64,000 bases of DNA from Sphingomonadales bacterium BRH_c42. GTDB lineage: Bacteria > Pseudomonadota > Alphaproteobacteria > Sphingomonadales > Sphingomonadaceae. The stretch covers positions 2,488-66,487 of the forward strand of contig LOEX01000107.1 of the NCBI GenBank assembly GCA_001516125.1, written 5' to 3'. Each line of letters opens with the position of its first letter. Positions within the stretch are counted from its first letter, which is position 1. The position numbers and the translations under genes were made by a program. Of the stretch, positions 24,983-35,323 are shown in pieces. Under the pieces are notes generated by a model, which searched no databases, was not told the DNA's origin, and saw only the letters and a program-made list of their open reading frames with translations.

Positions 24983-27400
24983 ATGGCAGGAGCCTTGATC
25001 GGCGCGCTTCGCGTCACCCTGGGCATTGACACCGCCGCCTTCGAAGAAGGGCTGGGGATTGCCCAGCGGCGTCTGAATGCCGCCGGGCAGAACCTTCAGC
25101 AGATCGGCGACCGCATGGCGGGGCTGGGATCGACGCTTTCCATCGGCGTCACCGCCCCGCTGGTCGCCTTCGGCGCGTCCGCCTTCAAGGCCGCGTCCGA
25201 CGCCGCCGAACTGCAAAGCGCGTTCGACCAGACGTTCGGCGACATGGCGGCGGAAATGACCGCGTGGGCCGAAGCCACGGGCGACGCTATGGGCCGGTCA
25301 ACCCAGTCCATTCAGCAAGCCGCCAACACCTTCGGCATCTTCTTCAATCAGGCCGCGCCGACGCGCGAGGTAGCGGCGGAAATGTCCCAGACATTCGCCG
25401 TTCTCGCCCAAGACCTTGCGTCGTTTTACAACGTCGCGGAAAGCGATGCGCTTGAGAAATTGCGGTCCGGACTGTCCGGTGAAAGCGAACCGCTGCGCGA
25501 TTTCGGCGTCTTCCTGACGGAAGCGAACGTCAAGGCGAAGGCGCTGGAACTGGGGCTGGGAAGCCTGGGCGGCGAATTGAGCGAGCAAGACAAGATCATG
25601 GCGCGCTATGCCCTGATCCTTGACGCCACGTCGAACGCGCAAGGTGACGTCGCCCGGACCAGCGAAGGCACCGCGAACCAGATGCGCGCCGCGCAAGCCG
25701 CATTCCAGGAACTTCAGGTGACAGTGGGGACGAAGCTGATCCCCGTCCTGACGCCGCTGATCACGAAGCTGGCGGGTATTCTGGACGCTTTTTCCGGCCT
25801 GTCCGAAGGAACCCAGACGTTCATTGTCGCCGCCGCTGCGATTGCCGCCGCCGTCGGGCCGGTCCTGTTCGCGCTGGGAAGCCTTGTGTCCGTCGTCGGC
25901 GGGCTGGTCCCGGTCTTCGCCCCGCTTGTGGCGGTTGTCACCGCCGCCTTCGGCGCGGGCGGCGTCTTCGCCGGGGCATTCGGCAGTTTGAGCGCGTTCG
26001 GTTCCATGCTGTCCCTGATCGCAGGGGCAGCGGCTCCCGTGCTGGCACCGCTGGCGGCGGTTGCCGCCGTCGGCGCGCTGATCTGGGCGAACTGGGACAG
26101 GATCGGACCAGTGCTGGCGGAACTGCGGGACAAGTTCGTCGCTGCGCTGGGGCCGAAGCTGACGGCCCTGGTCGATACGGTGAAGACCAAGCTGACGGAA
26201 TTGTGGAACGGTCCGTTCGGCGAAGCGATCCGCTGGGTTATCGGCGTGCTGGGCGAGTTCGGCGCGGCTTACACGTCCGTCATGGGCGAAGCCCTGATCC
26301 GCATTATCAGCGCGGCGGTGGACATTGTGACCGGCGCGTTCTCTGCCATCATTGACGCGGTGCAGCTTGTGATCGCCGTCCTGACGGGGGACTGGGCAGG
26401 CGCATGGGAAGCGGCGAAGTCGCTGGTTTCCAATGCGATCAATACCGTCCTGAACGTGCTGAACAGTCTGGCACCCGGCGCGGGTGACGCGGTGAGGGCA
26501 TTGGCAACCCGCCTATGGGAAGGCCTTACCCAGATCGTGAACGACATGCTGACGATCGGGCGGAACATCGTGCAGGGGCTGGTCAACGGGATCAGGGCGA
26601 ACGCCGAAGCCGTGTGGAATGCGCTGCGATCCGTTGTCATGGCCGGGGTGGATCGCATCCGCGACTTCCTTGGCATCCGCTCCCCCAGTGTCCTGTTCAT
26701 GGAAATGGGCGGGTTCATCACCGAAGGCCTTGCCATCGGGATCACGGGCGGGCTGGGCGACGTGGAAACCGCAATGGACGCGCTGGGCGCGACGGTTGCC
26801 GACGGGCTTTCCGGCATGTCCGCCGGAACGGGGATCGCACTGGACCCGACGTTCGACGTCGGGGGCGATGCCGCCGGGGCCGGGAACGACTTGCGCGAAA
26901 GTTTCCGACAGTCGTTTTCCGAAGGCATCAAGGCGGCGCTCGAAGGCGATCTGGCAGGGTTCTTCCAGAACTGGTTCGAACGCATCGGCACGCGGTCTTT
27001 CGAGAACATCCTTAACACCGTCGCGGACGAATTCGCCAATCTCTTGTCCGGCCTGTTCGGGCAGACAGGCGGCACGGCTGGGACCGGGGGACTGGGCGGC
27101 GTGCTGGCGGGCGTGCTGGGAAGCATCTTCGGCGGCACGCCCGGCTTTGCCCTTGGGGGCAGCTTCACCGTCGGCGGAAGCCCTGGGCGCGACGCCAATC
27201 TGGTCGCCTTCCGCGCCACGCGGGGGGAGAAGGTGACGATCAGCAATGACGATGCTGACGGAGCCGGAAGCGGCCTGCCCGGATCGCTTCAGTTCAACTT
27301 CTATGGGCCGGTGACGAACCCGGAACAGGTCCGCCGATCCGCCGCCCAGGCAGGCGCGCACCTGTTGCGCATGTCGTCGGCGGGCAAGCGCGGGATTTGA
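24983..27400 (+). CDS. Tape measure protein
   Basis: IGALRVTLGIDT, Ala/Gly-rich with periodic Trp, LGIRSPS, FALGGSF.VGG..G.D. Confidence 0.93.
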   Translation: MAGALIGALRVTLGIDTAAFEEGLGIAQRRLNAAGQNLQQIGDRMAGLGSTLSIGVTAPLVAFGASAFKAASDAAELQSAFDQTFGDMAAEMTAWAEATGDAMGRSTQSIQQAANTFGIFFNQAAPTREVAAEMSQTFAVLAQDLASFYNVAESDALEKLRSGLSGESEPLRDFGVFLTEANVKAKALELGLGSLGGELSEQDKIMARYALILDATSNAQGDVARTSEGTANQMRAAQAAFQELQVTVGTKLIPVLTPLITKLAGILDAFSGLSEGTQTFIVAAAAIAAAVGPVLFALGSLVSVVGGLVPVFAPLVAVVTAAFGAGGVFAGAFGSLSAFGSMLSLIAGAAAPVLAPLAAVAAVGALIWANWDRIGPVLAELRDKFVAALGPKLTALVDTVKTKLTELWNGPFGEAIRWVIGVLGEFGAAYTSVMGEALIRIISAAVDIVTGAFSAIIDAVQLVIAVLTGDWAGAWEAAKSLVSNAINTVLNVLNSLAPGAGDAVRALATRLWEGLTQIVNDMLTIGRNIVQGLVNGIRANAEAVWNALRSVVMAGVDRIRDFLGIRSPSVLFMEMGGFITEGLAIGITGGLGDVETAMDALGATVADGLSGMSAGTGIALDPTFDVGGDAAGAGNDLRESFRQSFSEGIKAALEGDLAGFFQNWFERIGTRSFENILNTVADEFANLLSGLFGQTGGTAGTGGLGGVLAGVLGSIFGGTPGFALGGSFTVGGSPGRDANLVAFRATRGEKVTISNDDADGAGSGLPGSLQFNFYGPVTNPEQVRRSAAQAGAHLLRMSSAGKRGI

Positions 27401-27403
27401 CGC

Positions 27404-28030
27404 ATGGACTTCGACGACATTCAGTTCCCCGGCAAGATTTCGCTGAACAGCGTTGCCGGTCCCGAATTCTCTACCGACGTCACGGAGACGGCGGGCGGGT
27501 TCGAAAAGCGCAATCAGAACTGGTCCGGCGCGCGGCTGCGCTTCAATGTCGCCACGGGCGTCCGCACGGAAGCGGACTATGAAATCGTGCTGGCGTTCTT
27601 CTATGGGCGCGCCGGGCGTGCCCGCGCGTTCCGGTTTCAGGACTGGTCCGATTACAAGTCGTGCGCGCTGGACGACGCGCCCGCGCATGACGATCAGGTT
27701 CTGGGCGTCGGCGACGGGTCGCAACAGTTCTTCCAGCTTCAGAAGTCCTATGTGTCCGGGCCTGTCACCTATGTCCGCAAGATCACCCGCCCGGTTGCCG
27801 GGACGGTGAAGGTCGGGCTGGGCGGGATCGACCAGCCCAGCGGCTGGTCTGTCAATGTCGATACCGGGCTGATCACCTTCACGACGCCGCCAGCGCCGGG
27901 GATCGCCGTGTCCGCCGGGTTCGAATTCGACATTCCCGCGCGCTTCGACATTGACCGGCTGGAACCTGTCCACATGTTCCGGGGCGCGGTGCAGCTTCCC
28001 GAACTGCCCGTGGTGGAAGTGCGCGAATGA
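27404..28030 (+). CDS. Distal tail protein (DUF2460, RcGTA g12-like)
   Basis: GPEFSTDV...GG.EKRNQNW, FF..RAGRARAFRF.DW.D, AGFEFDIPARFD.D.L. Confidence 0.92.
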   Translation: MDFDDIQFPGKISLNSVAGPEFSTDVTETAGGFEKRNQNWSGARLRFNVATGVRTEADYEIVLAFFYGRAGRARAFRFQDWSDYKSCALDDAPAHDDQVLGVGDGSQQFFQLQKSYVSGPVTYVRKITRPVAGTVKVGLGGIDQPSGWSVNVDTGLITFTTPPAPGIAVSAGFEFDIPARFDIDRLEPVHMFRGAVQLPELPVVEVRE

Positions 28031-28064
28031 TCCGGCCTATCGCTTCGCTGCTTGAGGCCACGCC

Positions 28065-30842
28065 ATGAGCAAGTTCGTCACCTATCCCAAGCCGGGCGCG
28101 GCTGGCACGATCCGCCGGTTCGAACCGGCTTACTGGACGGTCGATTTCCCGATTTCGATGATGGCGACCATCATCACCACGGGACCGAATTCGCTGCGCA
28201 TGAAGGCGCTGTTCCGCACGAACCGCGATCTTATGGGCCTGATCTGGGAAATCGAAGACCGCGACGATCACGGTGCCTATGCCTATCCGCGCCGCAAGGA
28301 CTATCGCGGGTGCGTGCTGGAATTCGACTGGGCATCGTCCGGCATTCGCCAGATCGACAGGCTTCAGTCCGTCACCCTCACCGTCGAGACGTTCACGCAC
28401 GGCACGCACTTCGTTCGCATCTGGAACTATGCCACGTCGGGCACGCCGGACAGTTGCCATATCCGAATGGTCCTGGACGGCACGACGCTTTCGGGCTTCT
28501 TCGCGGACAGCTTCGTCCCCTGGGACGACGTGAAGCGCATGTTCATTTCCATTCAGCCGCTGGAAGCCGGGCGGGGGGATTGCTCGCTCGCATCGTCCGC
28601 CGCGCCCGGTGCGACGTCGATCACGCTGAACGTGGGCGACGCGGGGCCGATCACGCCCGGCGCGCAAGTGTTCATCCTTGGGTCCAGCTATGACGTGCCA
28701 GCCTACACGGTGACGTCCACGACTTCCGGCCCGGTGCAGACGGTGACGATCACGCCGCCGATCAGCACGACGGGCGGCTTCAGCATTCCTTCAGGGGCGG
28801 AAGCCTTCGTCCAGACGGCGACGGACGAACCAATCGACGAAAGCCCTGCCCAGGTCGAAATCACGAACCTTTCCGTCACCGGGCCGAACAGCACGCTTCC
28901 CGTTCTGACGGACCCGCAACCGGCGCACGCGCTGCGCATGACGGACGGCTATGACAATGCCTATCCGTTCACGCCCGCGCGGCTGGTCGATCAGGTCCAC
29001 GCGCTGGGCTATCGCGGGCAATATGTCCTCTACATGGGGATCAGCAAGTTCCATTCGCTGTCATGGGACGCGGGCGAGGAACGCTATGTCGTCGATCCCG
29101 CGAAGGCGAAGCTGAACGATCCGACGATCCAGTGGCTGGAAGACTTCTTCGCCCGGCTGCACGCGGCTGGCTTCACCATCATCATATCCGTGTCGTTCGA
29201 AATTCTCGGCATGTATATGCCGACGGACTGGAACCAGCGCGATCATGAAGGCAATCTGGCGCGCACCGGCTGGCAACCCCCTTCGGGGCTGGTCCGCCCG
29301 ACAAGCACCGCCGGGCTGGACTATCTGTCGGACGTGTTCCTTGAAACGCTGGCGCTTCTTCCGGCGGGCGCGGAAGTCCATTTCCAGATCGGCGAACCGT
29401 GGTGGTGGGATGGCAGCTTCGGCACGCGCAAGCCGCACATCTACGACGCCGCGACGCTGACAGCCTACAATGCGGCGACCGGCCTGTTCGCGCCGACGCC
29501 CTATCTGGACACGGTGGAAGGACAACCCGATCCGATCCATCTGCCCTATCTCGAATGGTGCCGCGATCAGCTTGGCGTGGCGACCAGCTATATTCGCGAC
29601 AAGGTTCTGACGGAGCATCCGGGGGCGACCAGCTATCTTCTGGTCTTCACGCCGCAAATTCTTCGGGACGATGCGCCGATGCTGCGCACGCTGAACTTCC
29701 CGGAAGCCGACTGGTCCTTCCCCGCGTTCGACGTGCTTCAGATCGAAGACTATGACTGGGTTGTCGAAGGCCGCTATGACGACATGCGCAAGACCTGGCT
29801 TCTGGCAACCGACGTGCTGGGCTATGCGAAGGCGGACATTCACTATTTTGCGGGCTTCAACCTGCTACCGGAAACGACGTGGGTCTGGTTCAACACGGAC
29901 CGCGCGATCTGGCGAGCGTTTCAGGAAGCCCCGGCGGAAGTGTTCGTCTGGTCCCGCGAACAGGTCATGCGGGACGGCTGGCTGTTCGACGAACAATCGT
30001 GGAAGGTCTATCCCGCCGTCACCCGCCTTGCGCAATGCTGGCGGATCGACCGCACGGACGGGGTGACACAGGCCTTCACGTCGTTCGACAAGCCGCTGAC
30101 GGTGGGCGGGATCACCTATCAGCCCGCGAACAGCTTCAGCGCATCACAGCTTGCCAGCGACACGGACATGTCGGTCGCCGACGTCGAGCTTCTGGGCGCG
30201 CTGGACAGCGACGACATTAGGGCAGCGGACCTTCTGGCGGGCGTCTATGACAATGCCGAAGTCGAACTGTTCCTTGTGGACTGGGGCGATCTGACAATCC
30301 CCCGGACCGTGGTGAGGCGCGGGACAATCGGCACGATCAGCCAAGCCGGGATTGCCTTCCGTGCCGAGTTGCGCGGGCTGGGGCAGCGTATCCAGCAACC
30401 CGTGATCGACAGCTATTCGGCGGAATGCCGGGTCGATCTGTTCAGCGCAAAGTGCGGGGTGAACCGCGCGGCCTTCGCCGTGGGGGCGACCGTCACGTCC
30501 CTGACAGACGGATCGCTGGGCGCGTCGTCCGACAACCGCGTGTTCTTCGCGTCGGCGCTGGGGCAGGCGGACGGCTGGTTCGACTATGGCGAAGTGTGGT
30601 GGACCGGCGGCGCGAATGCCGGGCGGAAGACCGAAGTCCGTTCCTTCAAGGACGGGCGGATCGAACTATGGGAGCCGATGGGGCTGGACATTGCCGTGGG
30701 CGACACGTTCACCGTCCACGCCGGTTGCGACAAGTCCTTCGCCACCTGCAAGGCCAAGTTCGCCAATGTGCTGAACTTCAGGGGAGAACCGCACGTCCCC
30801 GGAAGCGACGCCATGCTGCGCTATCCGGACCCGAAATCATGA
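28065..30842 (+). CDS. Fusion of non-contractile tail sheath-like/TIM-barrel domain and baseplate hub (DUF2163)
   Basis: N-part RRFEP.YWTVDFP, QIGEPWWW, DVLQIEDYDW; C-part LAQCWRI.RTDG..AFT.FD...GCDKSF.TC..KFAN.LNFRGEPHVPG.D; single 925-aa ORF. Confidence 0.8.
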   Translation: MSKFVTYPKPGAAGTIRRFEPAYWTVDFPISMMATIITTGPNSLRMKALFRTNRDLMGLIWEIEDRDDHGAYAYPRRKDYRGCVLEFDWASSGIRQIDRLQSVTLTVETFTHGTHFVRIWNYATSGTPDSCHIRMVLDGTTLSGFFADSFVPWDDVKRMFISIQPLEAGRGDCSLASSAAPGATSITLNVGDAGPITPGAQVFILGSSYDVPAYTVTSTTSGPVQTVTITPPISTTGGFSIPSGAEAFVQTATDEPIDESPAQVEITNLSVTGPNSTLPVLTDPQPAHALRMTDGYDNAYPFTPARLVDQVHALGYRGQYVLYMGISKFHSLSWDAGEERYVVDPAKAKLNDPTIQWLEDFFARLHAAGFTIIISVSFEILGMYMPTDWNQRDHEGNLARTGWQPPSGLVRPTSTAGLDYLSDVFLETLALLPAGAEVHFQIGEPWWWDGSFGTRKPHIYDAATLTAYNAATGLFAPTPYLDTVEGQPDPIHLPYLEWCRDQLGVATSYIRDKVLTEHPGATSYLLVFTPQILRDDAPMLRTLNFPEADWSFPAFDVLQIEDYDWVVEGRYDDMRKTWLLATDVLGYAKADIHYFAGFNLLPETTWVWFNTDRAIWRAFQEAPAEVFVWSREQVMRDGWLFDEQSWKVYPAVTRLAQCWRIDRTDGVTQAFTSFDKPLTVGGITYQPANSFSASQLASDTDMSVADVELLGALDSDDIRAADLLAGVYDNAEVELFLVDWGDLTIPRTVVRRGTIGTISQAGIAFRAELRGLGQRIQQPVIDSYSAECRVDLFSAKCGVNRAAFAVGATVTSLTDGSLGASSDNRVFFASALGQADGWFDYGEVWWTGGANAGRKTEVRSFKDGRIELWEPMGLDIAVGDTFTVHAGCDKSFATCKAKFANVLNFRGEPHVPGSDAMLRYPDPKS

Positions 30843-31264
30843 CGGCGACACGGGACCAGATTGTCAGCGCCGCGCGCGGCTGGCTGGGCACGCCGTTCCA
30901 TCATCAAGGGCGGCTGAAGGGCGTCGGCGTCGATTGCGCCGGGGTGATCGTGGAAGTCGCCCGTGAACTGGGCATCGGAGACGTGGACCTTCGCGGATAT
31001 GGGCACCGCCCGGACAGCCGCGAACTGGAACGGCTTTGCCATGAACACATGACGCCCGTCACCTTCGCCCAGGCGAAGCCGGGGGACGTGTTGCTGATCA
31101 TGATCGACGGTGCGCCCCAGCATCTGGCCTTCGTGACGGAAATCAATGGCGGTCCGGGGATGCTCCATTCCTATGCACCCGCGCGCCGCGTCGTCGAACA
31201 TGGAATTGACCGGGACTGGGCGGGGCAGATCGTCGGCGCGTTCATCTTGCCGGGGGTGGAATAG
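30839..31264 (+). CDS. NlpC/P60 tail peptidase (RcGTA g14-like)
   Basis: ARGWLGTPFHHQGR..GVGVDCAG, PGDVLL, PQHLA. Confidence 0.92.
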   Translation: MTATRDQIVSAARGWLGTPFHHQGRLKGVGVDCAGVIVEVARELGIGDVDLRGYGHRPDSRELERLCHEHMTPVTFAQAKPGDVLLIMIDGAPQHLAFVTEINGGPGMLHSYAPARRVVEHGIDRDWAGQIVGAFILPGVE

Positions 31265-33513
31265 TGGCAACTATCGTTCTTTCCGCCGTTGGCACACTGA
31301 TCGGCGGGCCGCTGGGAGGCCAGATCGGCGCGCTGATCGGATCGCAGATCGACCAGGCGCTGTTCGCGCCGACGATCAGGTCCGAAGGTCCACGGCTGGG
31401 CGACCTGACGGTTCAGGCTTCGTCCTATGGCAACCCGATCCCGCGCATCTTCGGGCCGGAAAACCGCGTGGCGGGCAATCTGATCTGGTCCACCGGGCTT
31501 GTCGAAACGAAGTCCACCACGAAGCAAGGGGGCAAGGGCGGCGGCGCGAAGTCGGAAACCACGACTTACACCTATCACGTCGATTGCGCGATTGCCCTTT
31601 GCCGGGGACCGATTGCCAGCGTGAAGCGCATCTGGGCGGACGGGAAGCTGTTCCGCGACGAAAGCGGAAGCCAGACACAGGCGAACGCCGTGCGTATCTA
31701 TACCGGCACGGAAACCCAGATGCCCGATCCGACGATGGAAGCGGCGCTGGGCGCGGGCAACTGCCCCGCGCACCGGGGGCTGGCCTATGTCGTGTTCGAC
31801 CGGCTGGAACTGGGCGACTTCGGCAACCGCATTCCGAACTTCACCTTCGAAGTGGAAGCGCATTCGTCCGCCACCGTCGCGACTGTCATTGACGAACTGG
31901 CGAGCGCCGCCAACGTGCCTTATCTGGACGCCGCGCGCGCCGATTATCTGGACCTTCGCGGCTATAACGTGGCGCGGTCTTCGACCATTCGCAGCGTGCT
32001 TGATCCGCTGCGCACGGCGTTCTTCTTCGACGCATCGGAGATCGAAGGCGAATTGCAGTTCTTCCCTTCGGACAGCACGCCGATTGCGAGGGTGCCCCGC
32101 GACGATCTGGGCGCGCATGAATTCGGCACGGACCGTCCGGCGGATTATGAATTGCAGCGGACCGCCGACATAGAGCTTCCGCGTCAGATACTGGTCCAGC
32201 ACATGGACCCGGCGCGCGACTATCAGTCGAACAGCCAGCGCGCCCGGCGAAGCACCACGAACAGCGACGCGGACATTTCGGTCGAACTGCCCATTGTCCT
32301 GTCCGCCGACGACGCCAAGGCCGTTGCCGAACGCATGGCATCAATGGCGTGGATCGGACGGGACGCCTTCACCTATCAGCTTCCGATCACCTATCTGCAC
32401 GTCGAAGCGGGGCACAAGATTGTTGTCGCCCACGCCGACGGGAAGGACCGCGTGGTCCGTGTAGCGCGGCGCGAATTGCGGCTTCCCGGTTCCTTGCTGG
32501 TCGAATGCAAGACCGACGGTGCCGCCGTGCTTTCGAAGGGTGCGAGCGCCGCCCCGGCGCTGGTCCCGACGCAAACGGTCAACCTGCCCGGCGTGACGGC
32601 GGCGCACATTCTGGACCTGCCTATCCTGCGCGACGTGGACGACGTGTCTGGCTTCTATGCCGCCGGGGCCGGGGCATCGAGCGGCTGGCGCGGGGCGATC
32701 CTCTATCGTTCGCGCGACGGCGGCGTGAACTATGACACGTTCGCGGAGCTGATCGACGGCGCGGTGATCGGCACGACAGACGACGCGCTGGACGTGGGAT
32801 CGCCGCACTACTGGGACGAAGCGAACAGCGTCACCGTTACCTTGCTGAACAGCGCCGACACGCTGGCAGGCGTCACCGCGCTTCAGGTTCTGAACGGATC
32901 GAACGCCGCCGTGATCGGCGGGGAAGTGATGCAGTTCCGCGACGCCACGCTGATCGGGCCGGGGCAATACCGGCTGGAAGGATTGCTGCGCGGCCGGAAG
33001 GGGACCGAAGACCGGATCGCCGGGCACGCGGCTGGCGAACGCTTCGTGCTGTTGACCGGCGGGGGGATATACCGCCCCGATCTGGAAGCGGGCGAAGTAG
33101 GCGTCGAACGGTTCTACAAGGCCGCGTCCGTCGGAACGAACCTGTCCGACGCCGCGCCGTTCACCTTCACGCATTCGGGCCGCTGGGCGAAGCCCTATGC
33201 CCCGGCGCATGTCCGGGGAACCCGCAACGGCGCGGGCGATCTGGCGATGACATGGATCAGGCGCACGCGGCTGGAAGACCCGTGGACGGACGGGATCGAC
33301 GCGCCGCTGGGCGAGGCCAGCGAAGCCTATGAAATCGACATTCTGGACGGCGCGACGGTGAAGCGAACGCTGACGAGTTCCACGCCGACGGCGACCTATA
33401 GCGCCGCCGATCAGGTGACGGACTTCGGCAGCGCGCAAGCCGCCGTCCAGGTGAAAGTCTATCAGATCAGCGCCCGTGTCGGGCGCGGCCTTCCAACGGA
33501 GACGACGCTTTGA
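31264..33513 (+). CDS. Central tail tip / megatron-like protein (RcGTA g15-like, no TIM-barrel insert)
   Basis: EGPRL.DL.VQ.SSYG.PIP..FG, RIWADGK, PAHRGLAYVVF..L.L..FGNRIP, LLRGR.GTE, WIRRTR. Confidence 0.9.
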   Translation: MATIVLSAVGTLIGGPLGGQIGALIGSQIDQALFAPTIRSEGPRLGDLTVQASSYGNPIPRIFGPENRVAGNLIWSTGLVETKSTTKQGGKGGGAKSETTTYTYHVDCAIALCRGPIASVKRIWADGKLFRDESGSQTQANAVRIYTGTETQMPDPTMEAALGAGNCPAHRGLAYVVFDRLELGDFGNRIPNFTFEVEAHSSATVATVIDELASAANVPYLDAARADYLDLRGYNVARSSTIRSVLDPLRTAFFFDASEIEGELQFFPSDSTPIARVPRDDLGAHEFGTDRPADYELQRTADIELPRQILVQHMDPARDYQSNSQRARRSTTNSDADISVELPIVLSADDAKAVAERMASMAWIGRDAFTYQLPITYLHVEAGHKIVVAHADGKDRVVRVARRELRLPGSLLVECKTDGAAVLSKGASAAPALVPTQTVNLPGVTAAHILDLPILRDVDDVSGFYAAGAGASSGWRGAILYRSRDGGVNYDTFAELIDGAVIGTTDDALDVGSPHYWDEANSVTVTLLNSADTLAGVTALQVLNGSNAAVIGGEVMQFRDATLIGPGQYRLEGLLRGRKGTEDRIAGHAAGERFVLLTGGGIYRPDLEAGEVGVERFYKAASVGTNLSDAAPFTFTHSGRWAKPYAPAHVRGTRNGAGDLAMTWIRRTRLEDPWTDGIDAPLGEASEAYEIDILDGATVKRTLTSSTPTATYSAADQVTDFGSAQAAVQVKVYQISARVGRGLPTETTL

Positions 33514-34145
33514 CCGATACCCCGAACATCGGCCTGCCCTATATCGACACGGGACAGGCGCAAAAGGAACTGACGCACAATGAAGCCCTGAACCGGCTGG
33601 ACGTCATGACCGCCCCTTCCGTCGTCAATGCGACGACAACCGCGCCGCCGGGTGCGCCGACGGACGGACAGGCATGGATCGTCGCGGCTGGCGCGACAGG
33701 TGCCTGGGCGGGCAAGGACGGGCAGATCGCCGCATGGTTTGGCGGCTGGCAGTTCTTCGTCCCCGCCGACGGCTGGAAGGTCTGGGACGCCAGTGCCGGA
33801 CGCCAGATCACCTTCGACGGAACCGTCTGGGGCGACGACAAGCCGACTGCCCAGATACCGGCGCTGGCGCTTTCGTGGATCGGCTATGGCGGTGGCTTCG
33901 GATCGCCGCGCTATTTCAAGACGCCCGACGGGCGGGTGACGATTGAAGGGCTGATGCAGGCTGGAAGCGACGGGACGGTCTTCACCTTGCTTCCCGGCTA
34001 TCGTCCGCCGGACAGGCTCATGTTCGGATGCTGGTCCGGCGGGGGAGCCTATCGGGTGGACGTGGACAGCAATGGCGACGTGATCCTGACGGGATCGAAC
34101 GCGGTCTTCAGCTCGCTTTCCGGCATATCGTTCTTCGCCGCCTGA
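33510..34145 (+). CDS. DUF2793 tail fibre protein
   Basis: LPYI..GQAQKE.THNEAL.RLD, PP..P.DG..WIV...ATGAWAG.DG.IA; C-terminal LPGYRP domain. Confidence 0.88.
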   Translation: MTDTPNIGLPYIDTGQAQKELTHNEALNRLDVMTAPSVVNATTTAPPGAPTDGQAWIVAAGATGAWAGKDGQIAAWFGGWQFFVPADGWKVWDASAGRQITFDGTVWGDDKPTAQIPALALSWIGYGGGFGSPRYFKTPDGRVTIEGLMQAGSDGTVFTLLPGYRPPDRLMFGCWSGGGAYRVDVDSNGDVILTGSNAVFSSLSGISFFAA

Positions 34146-34211
34146 TCGTGCGCGCTCTTTCCTACAGCATTGCGACCGGACGATGGAACCCGTTGAAGAA
34201 AGGGGCGAACA

Positions 34212-34598
34212 TTGAACGGACTTGAAACGAAAGCGGTATTTGCAGGCGTCGCCGCCGTGCTGGCGGCGTTCGGCATAACCGCGCCCCTGCCCGACTTCCT
34301 TGCCGCCATGTTCCTTGCGATTGCCGGGGCATACGGGGCGATGGTCGTGACGCCGCCTTCGTCGCGGCTGTCGTTCCGGGTGACGATCTTTCTGGGCTGG
34401 CTGTTCGGGCTGGTCGCCGGGATCGTTCACGGTGCCATGTTCGAAGAATGGTCGCTGCACCTGTTCATGTTCGGCGCGGGGTTCCTCTCCCGCTATCTGG
34501 CGACGGCGCTGATTGCCTTTGGCAACGGGCTGAAGGTTCGCATGAAGAAAGCTGGGGAAAACCTCAATATCCCAGGGCTGGGCGGCGGCGATGACTGA
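34212..34598 (+). CDS. Holin-like membrane protein
   Basis: 3-4 TM segments and basic C-terminus; upstream of the endolysin; TTG start. Confidence 0.65.
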   Translation: MNGLETKAVFAGVAAVLAAFGITAPLPDFLAAMFLAIAGAYGAMVVTPPSSRLSFRVTIFLGWLFGLVAGIVHGAMFEEWSLHLFMFGAGFLSRYLATALIAFGNGLKVRMKKAGENLNIPGLGGGDD

Positions 34599-34887
34599 AG
34601 CGTTCCAGAACATGGCAATCGGGCTGATCGAACTGACGCTGGCGCTGGTCTATTTCCAAAAGGCCTTGCCGGTGATGCTGGCACAAGCGCGGGTTCAGGG
34701 GCTGAAGATATGGCTGTTCGGCTTCGCGCTGGGACTTATGGGAGCGGGCAGACTGGAAAGCGCGATCCGCGCCGAACCGACAGCCGCGCTTTACGATCTG
34801 GGGCACATGGCCCTGATCATCTACGCCGCGATCTATCTGCGCGCGATACTGAAATCCGGGAACAGCCATTGGTGGCTGAAGCCCTGA
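34591..34887 (+). CDS. Membrane protein (possible holin/antiholin)
   Basis: Three hydrophobic segments; within the lysis cassette. Confidence 0.6.
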   Translation: MTEAFQNMAIGLIELTLALVYFQKALPVMLAQARVQGLKIWLFGFALGLMGAGRLESAIRAEPTAALYDLGHMALIIYAAIYLRAILKSGNSHWWLKP

Positions 34888-34936
34888 TCTGACTGCCCGG
34901 TTCGCCGGGATCATCTTCACAATCGGAGAACCTGTT

Positions 34937-35323
34937 ATGGCCTATCGTCTGGGCTTGCGCTCGCTCGCCCGCCTTCGGGGCGTGCATCCCGATCTAGTCC
35001 GCGTGGTGAAGCGGGCAATCGAAATCACGGAAGTGGACTTCACCGTCCTGGAAGGCGTTCGCACGCCGAAGCGCCAGCGCCAGCTTGTGGCGCAAGGCGC
35101 GTCGCGCACCATGCGCAGCCGTCACCTGACAGGCCATGCGGTCGATCTGGGGGCATGGATTGGCGGCACGGTGCGCTGGGATTGGCCGCTCTACTACAAG
35201 ATCGAAGCCGCCATGAAACAGGCGGCGAAGGAACTGGACGTGCCCATTGAATGGGGCGGCGACTGGAAGTCCTTCAAGGACGGTCCGCACTGGCAACTTC
35301 CGTGGGGGAGTTACCCGGCATGA
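34937..35323 (+). CDS. Endolysin, M15 family L-Ala-D-Glu peptidase
   Basis: LRGVHPDL, EGVRT..RQ, SRHLTGHAVD, WGGDW..FKDGPHWQL. Confidence 0.93.
   Translation: MAYRLGLRSLARLRGVHPDLVRVVKRAIEITEVDFTVLEGVRTPKRQRQLVAQGASRTMRSRHLTGHAVDLGAWIGGTVRWDWPLYYKIEAAMKQAAKELDVPIEWGGDWKSFKDGPHWQLPWGSYPA

Noticed and set aside
20431-34145. Gene transfer agent cluster
   Set aside because: The tail tip and spike genes are RcGTA-like, but the element has a repressor switch, initiator/origin, HNH-cos packaging, a long tape measure and a lysis cassette, so it is a prophage.
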